Positions 42,499 to 51,893 are shown, counted from the stretch's first letter. The stretch is 64,000 bases of DNA from Spirochaetota bacterium (GCA_963663865.1 OY760686.1:128001-192000); one strand, 5' to 3'. The notes: generated by a model from the sequence alone, not told the origin. Numbers and translations are program-made.

Positions 42499-42888
42499 TT
42501 AACGTTTTGAGAACTGGAATTTCTTTCTTGCCTTTTTTTGACCGGGCTTCTTTCTTTCGACCTTTCTTGCATCCCTTGTCAGGAATCCTCCGGTACGGAG
42601 CGCCTTTTTGTCGTTTTCGTTAGCCAGTACAAGGCATCTCGCGATTCCCATTCGAACCGCTCCCGCCTGTCCCGACCAGCCGCCGCCGCAGACATTAACC
42701 GCGACATCATAATTTTCAAGCTTGCCGACATATTCAAGAGGCTGGCGTACGATTAGCCCCAGAGTTCCTCTTCTGAAGTACTCATCAGCGGGAAGCTTAT
42801 TTATAGTTATATTACCGTTTCCCGGCTTAAGCCATACTCTGGCAACAGATGTCTTTCTTCTTCCGGTAGCGTATAGTTGTTCAGCCAT
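42499..42888 (-). CDS. rpsI: 30S ribosomal protein S9
   Basis: [11 protein letters not shown]...[14 protein letters not shown]...QFSKR. Confidence 0.99.
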   Translation of the reverse strand: MAEQLYATGRRKTSVARVWLKPGNGNITINKLPADEYFRRGTLGLIVRQPLEYVGKLENYDVAVNVCGGGWSGQAGAVRMGIARCLVLANENDKKALRTGGFLTRDARKVERKKPGQKKARKKFQFSKR

Positions 42889-42911
42889 TTTTATCTTCTC
42901 CTCTGATTAGC

Positions 42912-43349
42912 TCAAACGTTCTTTTCTTCAGGCTTCTGAGCGGCGTGCGGATGCTCAGTGCCGGCATATATCTTCAGGTTCCCCAGCTGCTTTCTTCCAA
43001 GCCTTGTTTTGGGAAGCATTCCCTTAACGGCATGCTGTATTACAAACTCGGGTTTTTCAGCCATAATCTTGCGGATATTGGTAAATCTGATACCGCCGGG
43101 GTAATTGGTATAGCTGAAGTAGTCTTTATCGAGCGGCTTTTTGCCTGTAAGAACAACCTTTTCAGCGTTTATTACTATAACATTGTCTCCCATGTCCATT
43201 GAGGGAGTGAATTGAGGCTTGTTTTTGCCGCGCAGAATTGTCGCAATCTCGGTAGCAAGACGACCCAGGATTTTTCCTTCAGCGTCTACGACTACCCATT
43301 TTTTATCTACTTCGGCTTTCTTTATAGAAAAGCTCTTCTGGACAATCAT
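42912..43349 (-). CDS. rplM: 50S ribosomal protein L13
   Basis: [16 protein letters not shown]...LRGKNKP...GMLPK. Confidence 0.99.
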   Translation of the reverse strand: MIVQKSFSIKKAEVDKKWVVVDAEGKILGRLATEIATILRGKNKPQFTPSMDMGDNVIVINAEKVVLTGKKPLDKDYFSYTNYPGGIRFTNIRKIMAEKPEFVIQHAVKGMLPKTRLGRKQLGNLKIYAGTEHPHAAQKPEEKNV

Positions 43350-43681
43350 GTAAGATCCTCACTTGTAACTTGTTTGATTTATACGAAAATGATTGGGTCA
43401 TCGAAGTATAATTCAGAGCTGACTATCCCATTTTGGCCCCAAAATTGTCAATAAATTAATTCCTGAAGAGCCCGGTTTTTGCAGCCACCTGATCATTGAA
43501 CCCTGCTCATACCTGGCTTTTCCTGATGATGTCCGTAAAGAAGGTCACAACACCTAATATTATTATATGTGAAAATCAAAAATTATATGATTTTTCATGG
43601 TAAATTACAAGCATAATTATTTGACTTTTCCTAACTCTTATATATTGTTATTCTATGCTAATCAATATCCTGGAGGTGATT

Positions 43682-44257
43682 ATGTGGTTATCAAAAGTCT
43701 TTGCGATATTTGTTTTATGTATTTCTATATTCTTTATTGCATGTAATTCCTCTGATGATTCAGCAACAGCTTCAACACGTTCTACTTTGAATGATACTAT
43801 CCAATTAGCGAATGATTATTATTATACCGATGTTGTTTTCCCAGGTGAATTAATGGGAGTTTATGGGGATTGGATCCCCCTTAATGCTTGCGGAGGCGAT
43901 TTGGTTGCAAATTGCGAAGATATCAACGATGATTATGATTATTTGAGAATTGAGGAAAATGGAATTTTCAAGTTATTTAAAAATAACCAAATAGTAATGT
44001 ATGGGAAAATAATATTTTTCTATAAGGAAACAGGTGATGAAAACACTGGATCACTGCCCTATGTAATATTTTCACCGGATTCAAGCTTAGGTTGTGATGA
44101 TTTAGAAACAGTTTATGGGGAGGAAGTCTGCATGCAAATTGGCGACTTGCATACTCCTTATGTTTATACTGAAATTCGTCTATCAGAAAATGGTAGTTTT
44201 TTAGTATTTTATTATCCTGCCATATCCTGGTCAGTCGCTTATGAAAAAATTGAATAA
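43682..44257 (+). CDS. lipoprotein, hypothetical (paralog A)
   Basis: GGAGG RBS; lipobox FIAC; GVYGDWIP...LRIEENGIFK. Confidence 0.75.
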   Translation: MWLSKVFAIFVLCISIFFIACNSSDDSATASTRSTLNDTIQLANDYYYTDVVFPGELMGVYGDWIPLNACGGDLVANCEDINDDYDYLRIEENGIFKLFKNNQIVMYGKIIFFYKETGDENTGSLPYVIFSPDSSLGCDDLETVYGEEVCMQIGDLHTPYVYTEIRLSENGSFLVFYYPAISWSVAYEKIE

Positions 44258-44350
44258 ATAATAATTAATTATCTGAAAGAATCAGAATCCGGCCTGAGTA
44301 CGGCCGCGCTATGCCGCAAATACGGCATAAGTGTAAACACTTGTAATTGA
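44258..44350 (+). pseudogene. IS3-family OrfA fragment
   Basis: translates IIINYLKESESGLSTAALCRKYGISVNT, typical of the IS3/IS407 OrfA HTH. Confidence 0.65.
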
Positions 44351-44411
44351 CTTCTTTGTTAAAATATGATACACCCAATATAAGCTTTATGACCGTTTAA
44401 GGAGGGATTAT

Positions 44412-44972
44412 ATGGAAATAAAACGCTTTTTAATTATTTTCTTAATAGCTTTGACAATGTCGGCTTGCGATTTCTCCAACAGTTCCAGCACAAAAGAATT
44501 TAATGATTCAAAACTATTATCTCAAGATTTCTACTACGACGAGGACAATATCCCGGAAGAATTTCAAGGCATCTATGGCGACTGGATCCCAAGTAGTTAT
44601 TCATTTGGCGACTTGCCAGGTACAACTGAGTCACTTTCCCCATCCGATGGCACTCTATTAAGAATTGAGAAAAATGGCATTTTCAAATCTTTTGTTGATT
44701 ATGAGATAATTATGTATGGTCCATTTAATATTATCCTTAAGGATAGCGGTATTGAGAGTTATCCTTACATCCCGCTGTCACTTTTTTCTCTAGACGAAAG
44801 TTATCCTTGTGATGACCAGAAAACCATTGATCATATCGATGTATGTTTACAAAGCGGTGAGATATATGCTCCATATATCTTATACCGAATAAGTTTTTCA
44901 GATGACGGAAACAGTATATGCTTTATCGATGATTCATTATCAGCAACCATGTGTTACAGTAGAGCTAAGTAG
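44412..44972 (+). CDS. lipoprotein, hypothetical (paralog B)
   Basis: lipobox MSAC; GIYGDWIP...LRIEKNGIFK. Confidence 0.75.
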   Translation: MEIKRFLIIFLIALTMSACDFSNSSSTKEFNDSKLLSQDFYYDEDNIPEEFQGIYGDWIPSSYSFGDLPGTTESLSPSDGTLLRIEKNGIFKSFVDYEIIMYGPFNIILKDSGIESYPYIPLSLFSLDESYPCDDQKTIDHIDVCLQSGEIYAPYILYRISFSDDGNSICFIDDSLSATMCYSRAK

Positions 44973-45059
44973 AATTAATAAATCTATAGCACGATTTTTC
45001 AATCTCCTTTTATTGAAAAGTTTTGAATGAAAAATCGTGCAGGATTCATGTATCTGTTA

Positions 45060-45194
45060 AATGCCTGAGTTTTCGCTGCATCAGTTATGTTGCGTCCTTC
45101 AGAAGTACCTTATTAAGCACTCCGTTCCTAACTAAATCCTGTACTGTATTTCATATTTACCTCCTCCTGTTGAGTCGACAACTATGTTGACACA
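45060..45194 (-). pseudogene. degenerate IS3-family left end and orfA start
   Basis: TGTGTCAACATAGTTGTCG end, AGGAGG RBS, MKYSTGF..NGVLNKVL with frameshifts. Confidence 0.45.
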
Positions 45195-45381
45195 GAGGGA
45201 AACCTTTTGCTTGCAATTTCTTTGCTTCTATCATATTCCGCTCCTTTTTGTCCATAAGGGTTTCTCCTCTCCGATGAAGTCGTGGTTGTCTCCATCATGA
45301 GGTTGAAACCCTTATTGGTATACAAATTTTAGCGGCAAATTCTCATCGGTGTTTTCCGGCAATTCTATATCGGTGATGACA
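45195..45381 (-). pseudogene. IS21-family end and truncated istA start
   Basis: TGT end with repeated CACCGAT...AATT(T)GCCG subterminal units; ATG 45255 gives MDKKERNMIEAKKLQAKG, then truncation. Confidence 0.5.
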
Positions 45382-45442
45382 ACTGGAACACAATGGCAGA
45401 ATAAAGATACTGCAGGCACACTACCTCAACAACGCAACCAGT

Positions 45443-45502
45443 GCGATTTTCATGGATGAAAATCGCCCGGGCGCCATTCTATCAGGATGATATTAATGGC
45501 GC
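45443..45502 (+). repeat. GGA-loop double-hairpin element
   Basis: GCGATTTTC-ATGGAT-GAAAATCGC, then GCGCCATT[TATC-AGGAT-GATA]AATGGCGC. Confidence 0.65.
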
Positions 45503-45560
45503 TGCAATAGTTTGCCAAATGCAATAGCTAAGCCCCGACGGCGCCTAAAAGATATTGGCC

Positions 45561-45617
45561 GAAAAGCAGGATGCTTAAGTGTCGACAGCCGACAGGAGGT
45601 CGAAATAGCCGTCGACC
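45561..45617 (+). repeat. 57-bp GGA-loop structured element, copy 1
   Basis: colinear with the minus strand of 50833..50889, with compensatory stem changes. Confidence 0.75.
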
Positions 45618-45631
45618 CCTTTCGCCCGGAC

Positions 45632-45818
45632 GAAAGTGACGAAGAAAAGGTCTCACACTCCCAGTGTGAAAATGTACGGCAGGCTCCCTGCCTGAAGAAA
45701 AGCAAGTCGCGCAGCTGAGCGAGTTAAAGGCTGCGGCAACACACCTTTTTGGCCGCTCAAAAAGCGGCAAAAGAAGTGCCACGCTCTCAGCGTGAAAATG
45801 GATGACAGACTCCCTGCC
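45632..45818 (+). repeat. REP-like hairpin repeat cluster (2 units)
   Basis: CACAC-TCCCA-GTGTG / CACGC-TCTCA-GCGTG plus GGCAG-GCTCC-CTGCC; repeated at 47483-47697. Confidence 0.8.
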
Positions 45819-45864
45819 TAAAATTGAGCTGAAGAATTTGATAGAGTAACTTTTAAATGAAACT

Positions 45865-46158
45865 CTATTCTGTTATTGATATAACATTTTGTGTTCCATG
45901 AATAACAGAGAGGACATCAATCCGATCTGAATTGATATAATAAATGATTCGATACGGACCCTCGATAACTTCTCTGATTTCTTCATTTTCGTATTCGGGA
46001 ACAAATCTCCCGGAATATGGGAAATTTGCGATTTGTATTGATCTTCGAGTCAGACGGTCAATCATTCGTTTAGCATAAAACTCTGAATGCTGTGAAATAA
46101 AATCATAAATTGAATCGAGATTTTTTTCAGCTGTAGAGGTCCAATAGACTTTATGCAT
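45865..46158 (-). CDS. type II toxin, RelE/ParE family
   Basis: VYWTSTAEKNLDSIYDFI...FPYSGRFVPE...IREVIEGPYRIIY...VLSVIHG. Confidence 0.9.
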   Translation of the reverse strand: MHKVYWTSTAEKNLDSIYDFISQHSEFYAKRMIDRLTRRSIQIANFPYSGRFVPEYENEEIREVIEGPYRIIYYINSDRIDVLSVIHGTQNVISITE

Positions 46159-46349
46159 TAAAGTTTAAATTTTTTTCTAATATCTTGCACATCTTTTAAA
46201 CGACCAGCTTTGTGGTCATCTAATCCCGATTCAATGGCCTGTCTGACATAAATCTCATACATAATGTCATCCCAGGTGGCATCATTAGGCATTTTTTCAA
46301 TCATTGTTTTTGCTTCATCTTTAATCACTGATCTTTCTGAATTCTCCAT
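46158..46349 (-). CDS. cognate antitoxin
   Basis: KDEAKTMIEKMPNDATWDDIMYEIYVRQAIESGLDD; stop overlaps the toxin ATG; GGAG RBS. Confidence 0.85.
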   Translation of the reverse strand: MENSERSVIKDEAKTMIEKMPNDATWDDIMYEIYVRQAIESGLDDHKAGRLKDVQDIRKKFKL

Positions 46350-46740
46350 AAACGGACTCTCCGATAAAGTAATATATATCGAAATGAATATCAATTGATA
46401 AATTATGTCCACAAATAATTCATTATATAATTGTCATTTTACAGGGCATTCTAACTTTTCACGAGCGAGTTGCGTAGACCAGATGGATAATTTGAATATT
46501 ATGGAACGGGCTCGACCGCTCCCTGCGTAAAGATGTTTATTATCCCCAGTGAGGTAGAGCCGCCCAATTTGAGCGGCTCTACCGGGGGCCTGAGCCTAAT
46601 ACCTGTTAAATCAATATGATTACGTAATATGACCAAAATGTATAATCACTCGAGCGCAGCAGGGCCCTGCACTCTCCGGCTCCGAAGGCACGGCTTTTTA
46701 CCGCCGCTTTTTGGATTAAAAAAAGAAAGGAACAGGCCTT

Positions 46741-47118
46741 TCAAAACCCGCAGCGGGAGCATCTCCTTGCCAGGCTGATAGACGAATACACGGCTTTGGA
46801 AAGGGCTTTTCCAGCTCCGGATTTCACCATCCATTGAAAAGGCCTCATCTGAGGCAGCAAGAGCAGAATCTGTTGAATAACCTCACCTCCGAAGAGACAT
46901 TCACCTTCCTTTCCAAGCATGTGGACCTCTTTCTTCAAATCTTCGTATGAAATTGATTCACCCGCTGAAAATTCATAATCCTGAAAAGAGACAGCTTCAA
47001 TTTCCCGATATTTGTCAAACCTCCTCAAATGAGCAGCAAACCTGGAACACAGCGCACATTCAGCATCGTAAAGAAGTATCCAGTATCCTTCCGCTTCTGT
47101 GTCATATCTGTTATTCAA
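46741..47118 (-). CDS. DCC1-like thiol-disulfide oxidoreductase (DUF393)
   Basis: LLYDAECALC (DxxCxxC) motif; C-terminal CSRC. Confidence 0.75.
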   Translation of the reverse strand: MNNRYDTEAEGYWILLYDAECALCSRFAAHLRRFDKYREIEAVSFQDYEFSAGESISYEDLKKEVHMLGKEGECLFGGEVIQQILLLLPQMRPFQWMVKSGAGKALSKAVYSSISLARRCSRCGF

Positions 47119-47312
47119 ATAAATCCTTCCGGCAGAAAATGTATCAGTTCATTGTTCATCTGAAATATTTTTTTAATCATTTTCCGTAGCATAAAAATAT
47201 CAACTGTCAATAGAATTATTCACCGTAAATTGCCGGCGAAAATGCCATCGGCTGGTACATCATGGTAGAGTTAAAGAATCAATTTCTTTGGGCAATCAGA
47301 GAATTACTTTCT

Positions 47313-47697
47313 CAAGCGCAGCAGGACGCTGCGCTTTCCGGCTCCGAAGGAGCCTGACATAATAAAGCTGTCACTCCTTGGAATATTTCACAGTGACTAA
47401 TTCTTTGGACATGGATGTCCCATCGCCCCCCGCGCAGGGGAGCCCTTTTTCTTTGGTTACTTTCTTTTTTGGCTTTAAAAAAGAAAGTAACGAAAAAAGG
47501 TCTCACGCTCTCAGCGTGAAAATGTACAGCAGGCTCCCTGCCAGAATAATTGCGCCTCGCGAAGCAAGGCAGAATAAAACCCCGCGACAGCACACCTTTT
47601 TGGCTCAAAAAAAGAAAGTAACGAAAAAGGTCTCACACTCCCAGTGTGAAAATGCATGGCAGGCTCCCTGCCAGAAGAAAAAACAAGTCGCGCAGCT
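47313..47697 (+). repeat. REP-like/GGA-loop hairpin repeat cluster
   Basis: GCGCAGC-AGGAC-GCTGCGC (similar at 46651), GGAC-ATGGAT-GTCC, GTTACTTTCTTTTT...AAAAAGAAAGTAAC palindrome, and two copies of the 45632 unit. Confidence 0.8.
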
Positions 47698-47774
47698 CAG
47701 TAGCGAAAGAAATGCCCGTGCGCTCCGCTCAATAAACTATAGAGAATGCTCGATATCGTAACCGACAAAGTGCC

Positions 47775-48202
47775 CATGTTTTTACTCCGTCATCGGCCTA
47801 TCCGGTAAACTTCTGACTGAAGATGTTCTTGGATGCTTCAACAGTCCCTGCTGTTTCTCCGTATGGAGTGTAGTTCATTCGGGTGACGATTTCACCCTCG
47901 GAATCTGTAAGATAGGCTACACTTCCCAGGTGGTCCGGGTGAAAGTAGTATGTGCCTGTTGTCGGAAGGCCTGACTCATCGTAGTTGGGAAGAGGTGTCT
48001 GGCCTGTTGCGGGACTGCCTCCACCTGTTGTATCATCACTACCACCGGCACCTGGTCCCGTTGTGCTGTCTGCATTATCCTCTGCAACTGGTTGATCGTT
48101 CCTGGCTTCAACCTTATCGTCGCAAGCTGTCAGAAACAGCATTGAAAATAAGGCTGTGACCAGGACAGATGACAGCGCTTTTTTTAAAGCAGGAGTACCC
48201 AA
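47775..48202 (-). pseudogene. orphan RHS fragment: lipoprotein signal + linker + start of RHS core
   Basis: highly similar to about 53860-54255; CAG>TAG after KFTG; similarity lost after ADDGVKT. Confidence 0.85.
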
Positions 48203-48217
48203 CCGAAAACAACGAGT

Positions 48218-48625
48218 TTAATAAGACCAGACCTCAGCTTCAACACATACAATCCCGTTTGGCTCATTTGTTGTTGATTCAGATTTTAAAACATCATCAG
48301 CATATATTCGAGCAGTGATAGATGAAGAATCAGACAAGAGTTTTGTCACACAAAAACTTACAGAAGTCTTAGCTTTATCATCTGTCCAGATATCACCATT
48401 TATTGTATACTCATAGATCCATGGAAGCTCTGAATAATTTCTGCTAATTTCTTCATTTTCTGTTTTATTATTACCTCCCAAATCAGAACAATCCACATAA
48501 AATGACGTTGCATCTCCAATTATTTCTAATTTGATCTTTACATGATGACCATCAGCACAACTGAAGAAATTGCTAAAAACAAATGCCACCAGTATAGCGT
48601 TTAATGTTTTTTTATTGCCTACCAT
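48218..48625 (-). CDS. lipoprotein partner of orphan RHS C-terminus (MmpS-like beta-sandwich)
   Basis: GAGGTG RBS; lipobox FFSC; LPWIYEY...ITARIYADDVLK. Confidence 0.7.
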   Translation of the reverse strand: MVGNKKTLNAILVAFVFSNFFSCADGHHVKIKLEIIGDATSFYVDCSDLGGNNKTENEEISRNYSELPWIYEYTINGDIWTDDKAKTSVSFCVTKLLSDSSSITARIYADDVLKSESTTNEPNGIVCVEAEVWSY

Positions 48626-48963
48626 ATCAACACCTCTAAAAAAATGATTAAAAGAACGACCATGTCGAAATATCCCTAAACCTATCATACCAGGTATGTT
48701 GCCTTTTTTTCCATGGTTTTGAAGAAGATGATGAATCATCACCGCTCAAACCTTCTATTGGGGTATCAGCCAACCCCCAATATTCAAGACAATGATCATC
48801 ACCTCCCTTATCAAGTGCAATTAATAACTTATGAGAAGCCCCTGTCATTTGATCAATTTCCATAGCTACTCCAAGACTAAAGGAAACAGCTGCTGTAATA
48901 TTCTGAAACAAAAGAAGTGCTTGATAGAGGTCTCCATAATTAAGATAAGATGCTAAAGAAAAT

Positions 48964-50287
48964 GAGAGTGTAAAAAGATTTGTGTAAATAGCTATATTAT
49001 TACTCAATAGATAAGGAGAAAAAATATGGCTATGGACAAAGATGCAATAATTAATGAATTGCTGGAAGATGTGGATTTTAAAGCACTGACACCTGAACAG
49101 ATTACCGGGAAAGACGGCCTTATTCAGCAATTAACCAAGAGGATTATCGAAACAGCGATGAATGCTGAGATGACAGAACATCTTGGCTACGACAAAAATG
49201 AAAGATCAGCAGGTAAAAGCACCAACGCTCGTAATGGTCGAAGTAGCAAGAAGGTGCTAACAAACAATGGAGAAGTCCTAATTGATATTCCCCGAGATCG
49301 TAATGCTGAATTCGAACCCAGAATAGTAAAGAAGCATCAAAAACGATTTGAGCTCTTTGACGAGAAAATCATATCGATGTACGGGTTGGGGATGACAACC
49401 AGAGATATTCAGGGCCATCTTGAAGATATCTATGGAGTAGAGGTTTCGCCTGACCTGATCAGCACCGTTACCAATGAGATAATAAAAGATGTTCTGGAAT
49501 GGCAATCCCGCCCACTTGATCCTGTGTACCCTATAGTGTATTTTGACGCTATCGTGGTCAAAGGCCGAACTGACGGCAAAGTATCAAATAAATCAGTGTA
49601 TACGGCTATTGGGGTCAATATGCAGGGCAAAAAAGAAGTTCTAGGCTTATGGATTGGCGATTCAGAAGGAGCTAAATTTTGGCTTCAGGTTGTAAATGAA
49701 CTTAAAAATCGAGGAATCGAAGATGTCTTCATCGCTTGCATGGATGGACTGAAAGGGTTTCCAGATGCGGTTAATGCCGTATTCCCAGAGACCAGGATTC
49801 AGCTGTGCATAGTTCATATGATACGCAATTCAATAAAATATGTATCATGGAAAGAACGAAAGGCGATATGTACCGATCTGAAAAGCATATATTCTGCCCC
49901 TTCCGAAAAGGCTGGTTTGGCTTCGCTTGATGAATTTTCTAAAAAGTGGGATGGTAAATATCCGATGATTTCAAAGTCATGGCGAGCCAATTGGGAAAAC
50001 CTCAACGAATTTTTCGCTTATCCGGCAGATATTCGAAAAGCAATTTATACTACCAACGCAATTGAATCCTTGAATTCAAGCCTACGGAAAGTAACCCAGA
50101 AAAGAGCGGCATTTCCTACAGATGATTCAATCTTTAAGGTGCTGTATTTGGCATTGACGAAAGCCGAGAAAAAATGGACTATGCCAATCAGAGATTGGGG
50201 TGCTGCTATCAACCAGTTCGCAGTATATTTTGGAGACAGAGTACCATTATAATCAAAGGCTATTTACACAAAAGATCTGATACTCTC
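48964..50287 (+). mobile_element. IS256-family insertion sequence
   Basis: imperfect IRs GAGAGTGT...TTTGTGTAAATAGC; 8-bp TSD AAGAAAAT at 48956-48963 and 50288-50295. Confidence 0.96.
49026..50252 (+). CDS. IS256-family (Mutator) transposase
   Basis: RNG, PRDR, YPIVYFDA, DGLKGF, QLCIVH, YTTNAIESLN. Confidence 0.97.
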   Translation: MAMDKDAIINELLEDVDFKALTPEQITGKDGLIQQLTKRIIETAMNAEMTEHLGYDKNERSAGKSTNARNGRSSKKVLTNNGEVLIDIPRDRNAEFEPRIVKKHQKRFELFDEKIISMYGLGMTTRDIQGHLEDIYGVEVSPDLISTVTNEIIKDVLEWQSRPLDPVYPIVYFDAIVVKGRTDGKVSNKSVYTAIGVNMQGKKEVLGLWIGDSEGAKFWLQVVNELKNRGIEDVFIACMDGLKGFPDAVNAVFPETRIQLCIVHMIRNSIKYVSWKERKAICTDLKSIYSAPSEKAGLASLDEFSKKWDGKYPMISKSWRANWENLNEFFAYPADIRKAIYTTNAIESLNSSLRKVTQKRAAFPTDDSIFKVLYLALTKAEKKWTMPIRDWGAAINQFAVYFGDRVPL

Positions 50288-50832
50288 AAGAAAATCCAAA
50301 GGCAGAAACAGCACCTATTCCTAATCCTACAAGGACATGGGTCCCATTATGCTTAAAAGCTTCGGAATTAAAGTCATCTGTTTCTTCATCATAACCAATA
50401 TTATAAATCGGCCCGGCAAAAAAGGATCCGAGCCCCCGTCTTGAAATCTCTGAAAAGCCAAGGGATGCTCCAATACAGGCCCCGTTTATTGCACCCGTAA
50501 CCGCTCCAACTGAATTTCCTGTTATATAACCAGTTGTGCTATATTTAACCATGTACCAGGACATTCCAAGTGCATTGTTGAATCCCATTGTAGCTCCAAC
50601 AGCCCCGCCAGCTACGCCACCAACCACTGCACCGGTAATTGCTCCGGCTACAACTCCTTCAGGCCCGTATTGGGCGCCGGCAAGAGCTCCGACATAGGCA
50701 CCTGCCGCTGCTCCAGCAATTGAACCGCCCACGGCCGAAACAATCTTTGTTGTTACTCCTTTAACCGACCAGTGCCCATTTCTGTCTATAAACATCAACG
50801 GGTTGTTATTTACGTATGAATAACGGTTAAAA

Positions 50833-50889
50833 GGCCGAAGCCTTTTCGCACTTCCTGTGCGGCTTCGGCACTAGCGCATCCTGCGCGTC
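50833..50889 (-). mobile_element. 57-bp GGA-loop structured element inserted in the orphan RHS core
   Basis: absent from the intact copy (CAG GCC TTT AAC); two AGGA-loop hairpins; carries an in-frame TAG. Confidence 0.75.
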
Positions 50890-51107
50890 GCCTGCGAATT
50901 ATTTTCATCAGGTAGCAGCGTATCCGGTGTAAAAAACCTCCCAATAACCGGGTCATAGAACCTTGCATTGTAGTACAACAGCCCGGTTTTTACACCGTCA
51001 TCGACCTGCCCAGTAAACTTCTGACTGAAGATGTTCTTCGACGGTTTTACTGTACCTGCTGTTTCTCCGTATGGGGTGTAGGAATTTACACTTATTCCTA
51101 TTACCCA

Positions 51108-51893
51108 TCAGAACAGTGAAAGCTGATAAGCAATATAAAAACTAACTCCGAAGGAATGAAAAGATGTATTATCTGAATTATAAATTAAAAGATAGTTTTC
51201 AAAATCTAATTTAGTATATAAATAATTAAAATCTATACCCCAATACAGATTATTGATTTTCTCAGGCAACATTATCGAGATTCCTGCTGAGAACCCAAGG
51301 CAATGACCATTAACTCCAGAAGAATAGTCCTCTTCATCAAATTCAAAACCAGCATCGCGAAGTGCCGGAACACCGCTAATACTGCCATTAAAAACTTTCC
51401 CTCCCATTAAGGAGAAGTTGAGTCTCATTTCATTAATTCCGCCATAACCAAAATTATATAGTAGTATACTGGCGGTGGGCCCAAAGGTCATTGTCCTGAA
51501 TGATAGAATATCACCAGAATAAATATTATCATAACTTGTATCTCCTAAAAAATTTGCTCCTTCATAATCAGTTCGCACATCGTGTTCAAAAGAAAATGAT
51601 AAATATGAAATTCTTAATCCAAACTGTATTGTTGAATAGTTATACAAAAGGGAAAGACTCAAATTCAGACTATAGCCAGACAAACCGGTCTCGTAATCTC
51701 CACCATCTTCTTTCATGAAACTGTAATATTCATTATTATTCTTTATTATTGAACTCTCTTTATCAACCAAATCTCCCATAGCATCTACATATCCTGAGAT
51801 AGAAGGTTCAAGTCTGACAACAAGTCCATTCTCTGCCATTGCAATATTGACGCAGCATATGATTATAGCAATGATTATTGTCTTGATTTTCAT
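51108..51893 (-). CDS. exported probable outer-membrane beta-barrel, RHS cassette partner B
   Basis: signal peptide ending AMA; alternating strands; ends FGVSFYIAYQLSLF. Confidence 0.65.
   Translation of the reverse strand: MKIKTIIIAIIICCVNIAMAENGLVVRLEPSISGYVDAMGDLVDKESSIIKNNNEYYSFMKEDGGDYETGLSGYSLNLSLSLLYNYSTIQFGLRISYLSFSFEHDVRTDYEGANFLGDTSYDNIYSGDILSFRTMTFGPTASILLYNFGYGGINEMRLNFSLMGGKVFNGSISGVPALRDAGFEFDEEDYSSGVNGHCLGFSAGISIMLPEKINNLYWGIDFNYLYTKLDFENYLLIYNSDNTSFHSFGVSFYIAYQLSLF

Larger units (their letters stand above)
48648..51080 (-). pseudogene. orphan RHS core + C-terminal domain, interrupted by a 57-bp element and IS256
   Basis: YTPYGE...YYNARFYDPVIGRF...NNNPLMFIDRNGH, Gly zipper, ends DRFRDISTWSFF; in frame after removing both insertions. 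Confidence 0.88.

Noticed and set aside
43520-43550. CTGATGA hammerhead-like core
   Set aside because: Lacks stem II and GAAA
45493-45782. Short ORFs on both strands (also at 46646-46834 and 47312-47761)
   Set aside because: They are translations of palindromic repeat clusters
46548-46590. GGTAGAGCCGC...GCGGCTCTACC hairpin as a group II intron domain 6
   Set aside because: No recognisable domain 5 upstream; more likely a REP-like or IS-end remnant
45632-47697. Possible CRISPR array or integron attC sites
   Set aside because: Units are long, degenerate and irregularly spaced; no cas genes, integrase or convincing RYYYAAC...GTTRRRY sites
48218-49130. Long N-terminal extensions of ORFs 48218..48742 and 48648..49130
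   Set aside because: The first has an RBS-supported start at 48625; the second reads through IS256 antisense into the split CT
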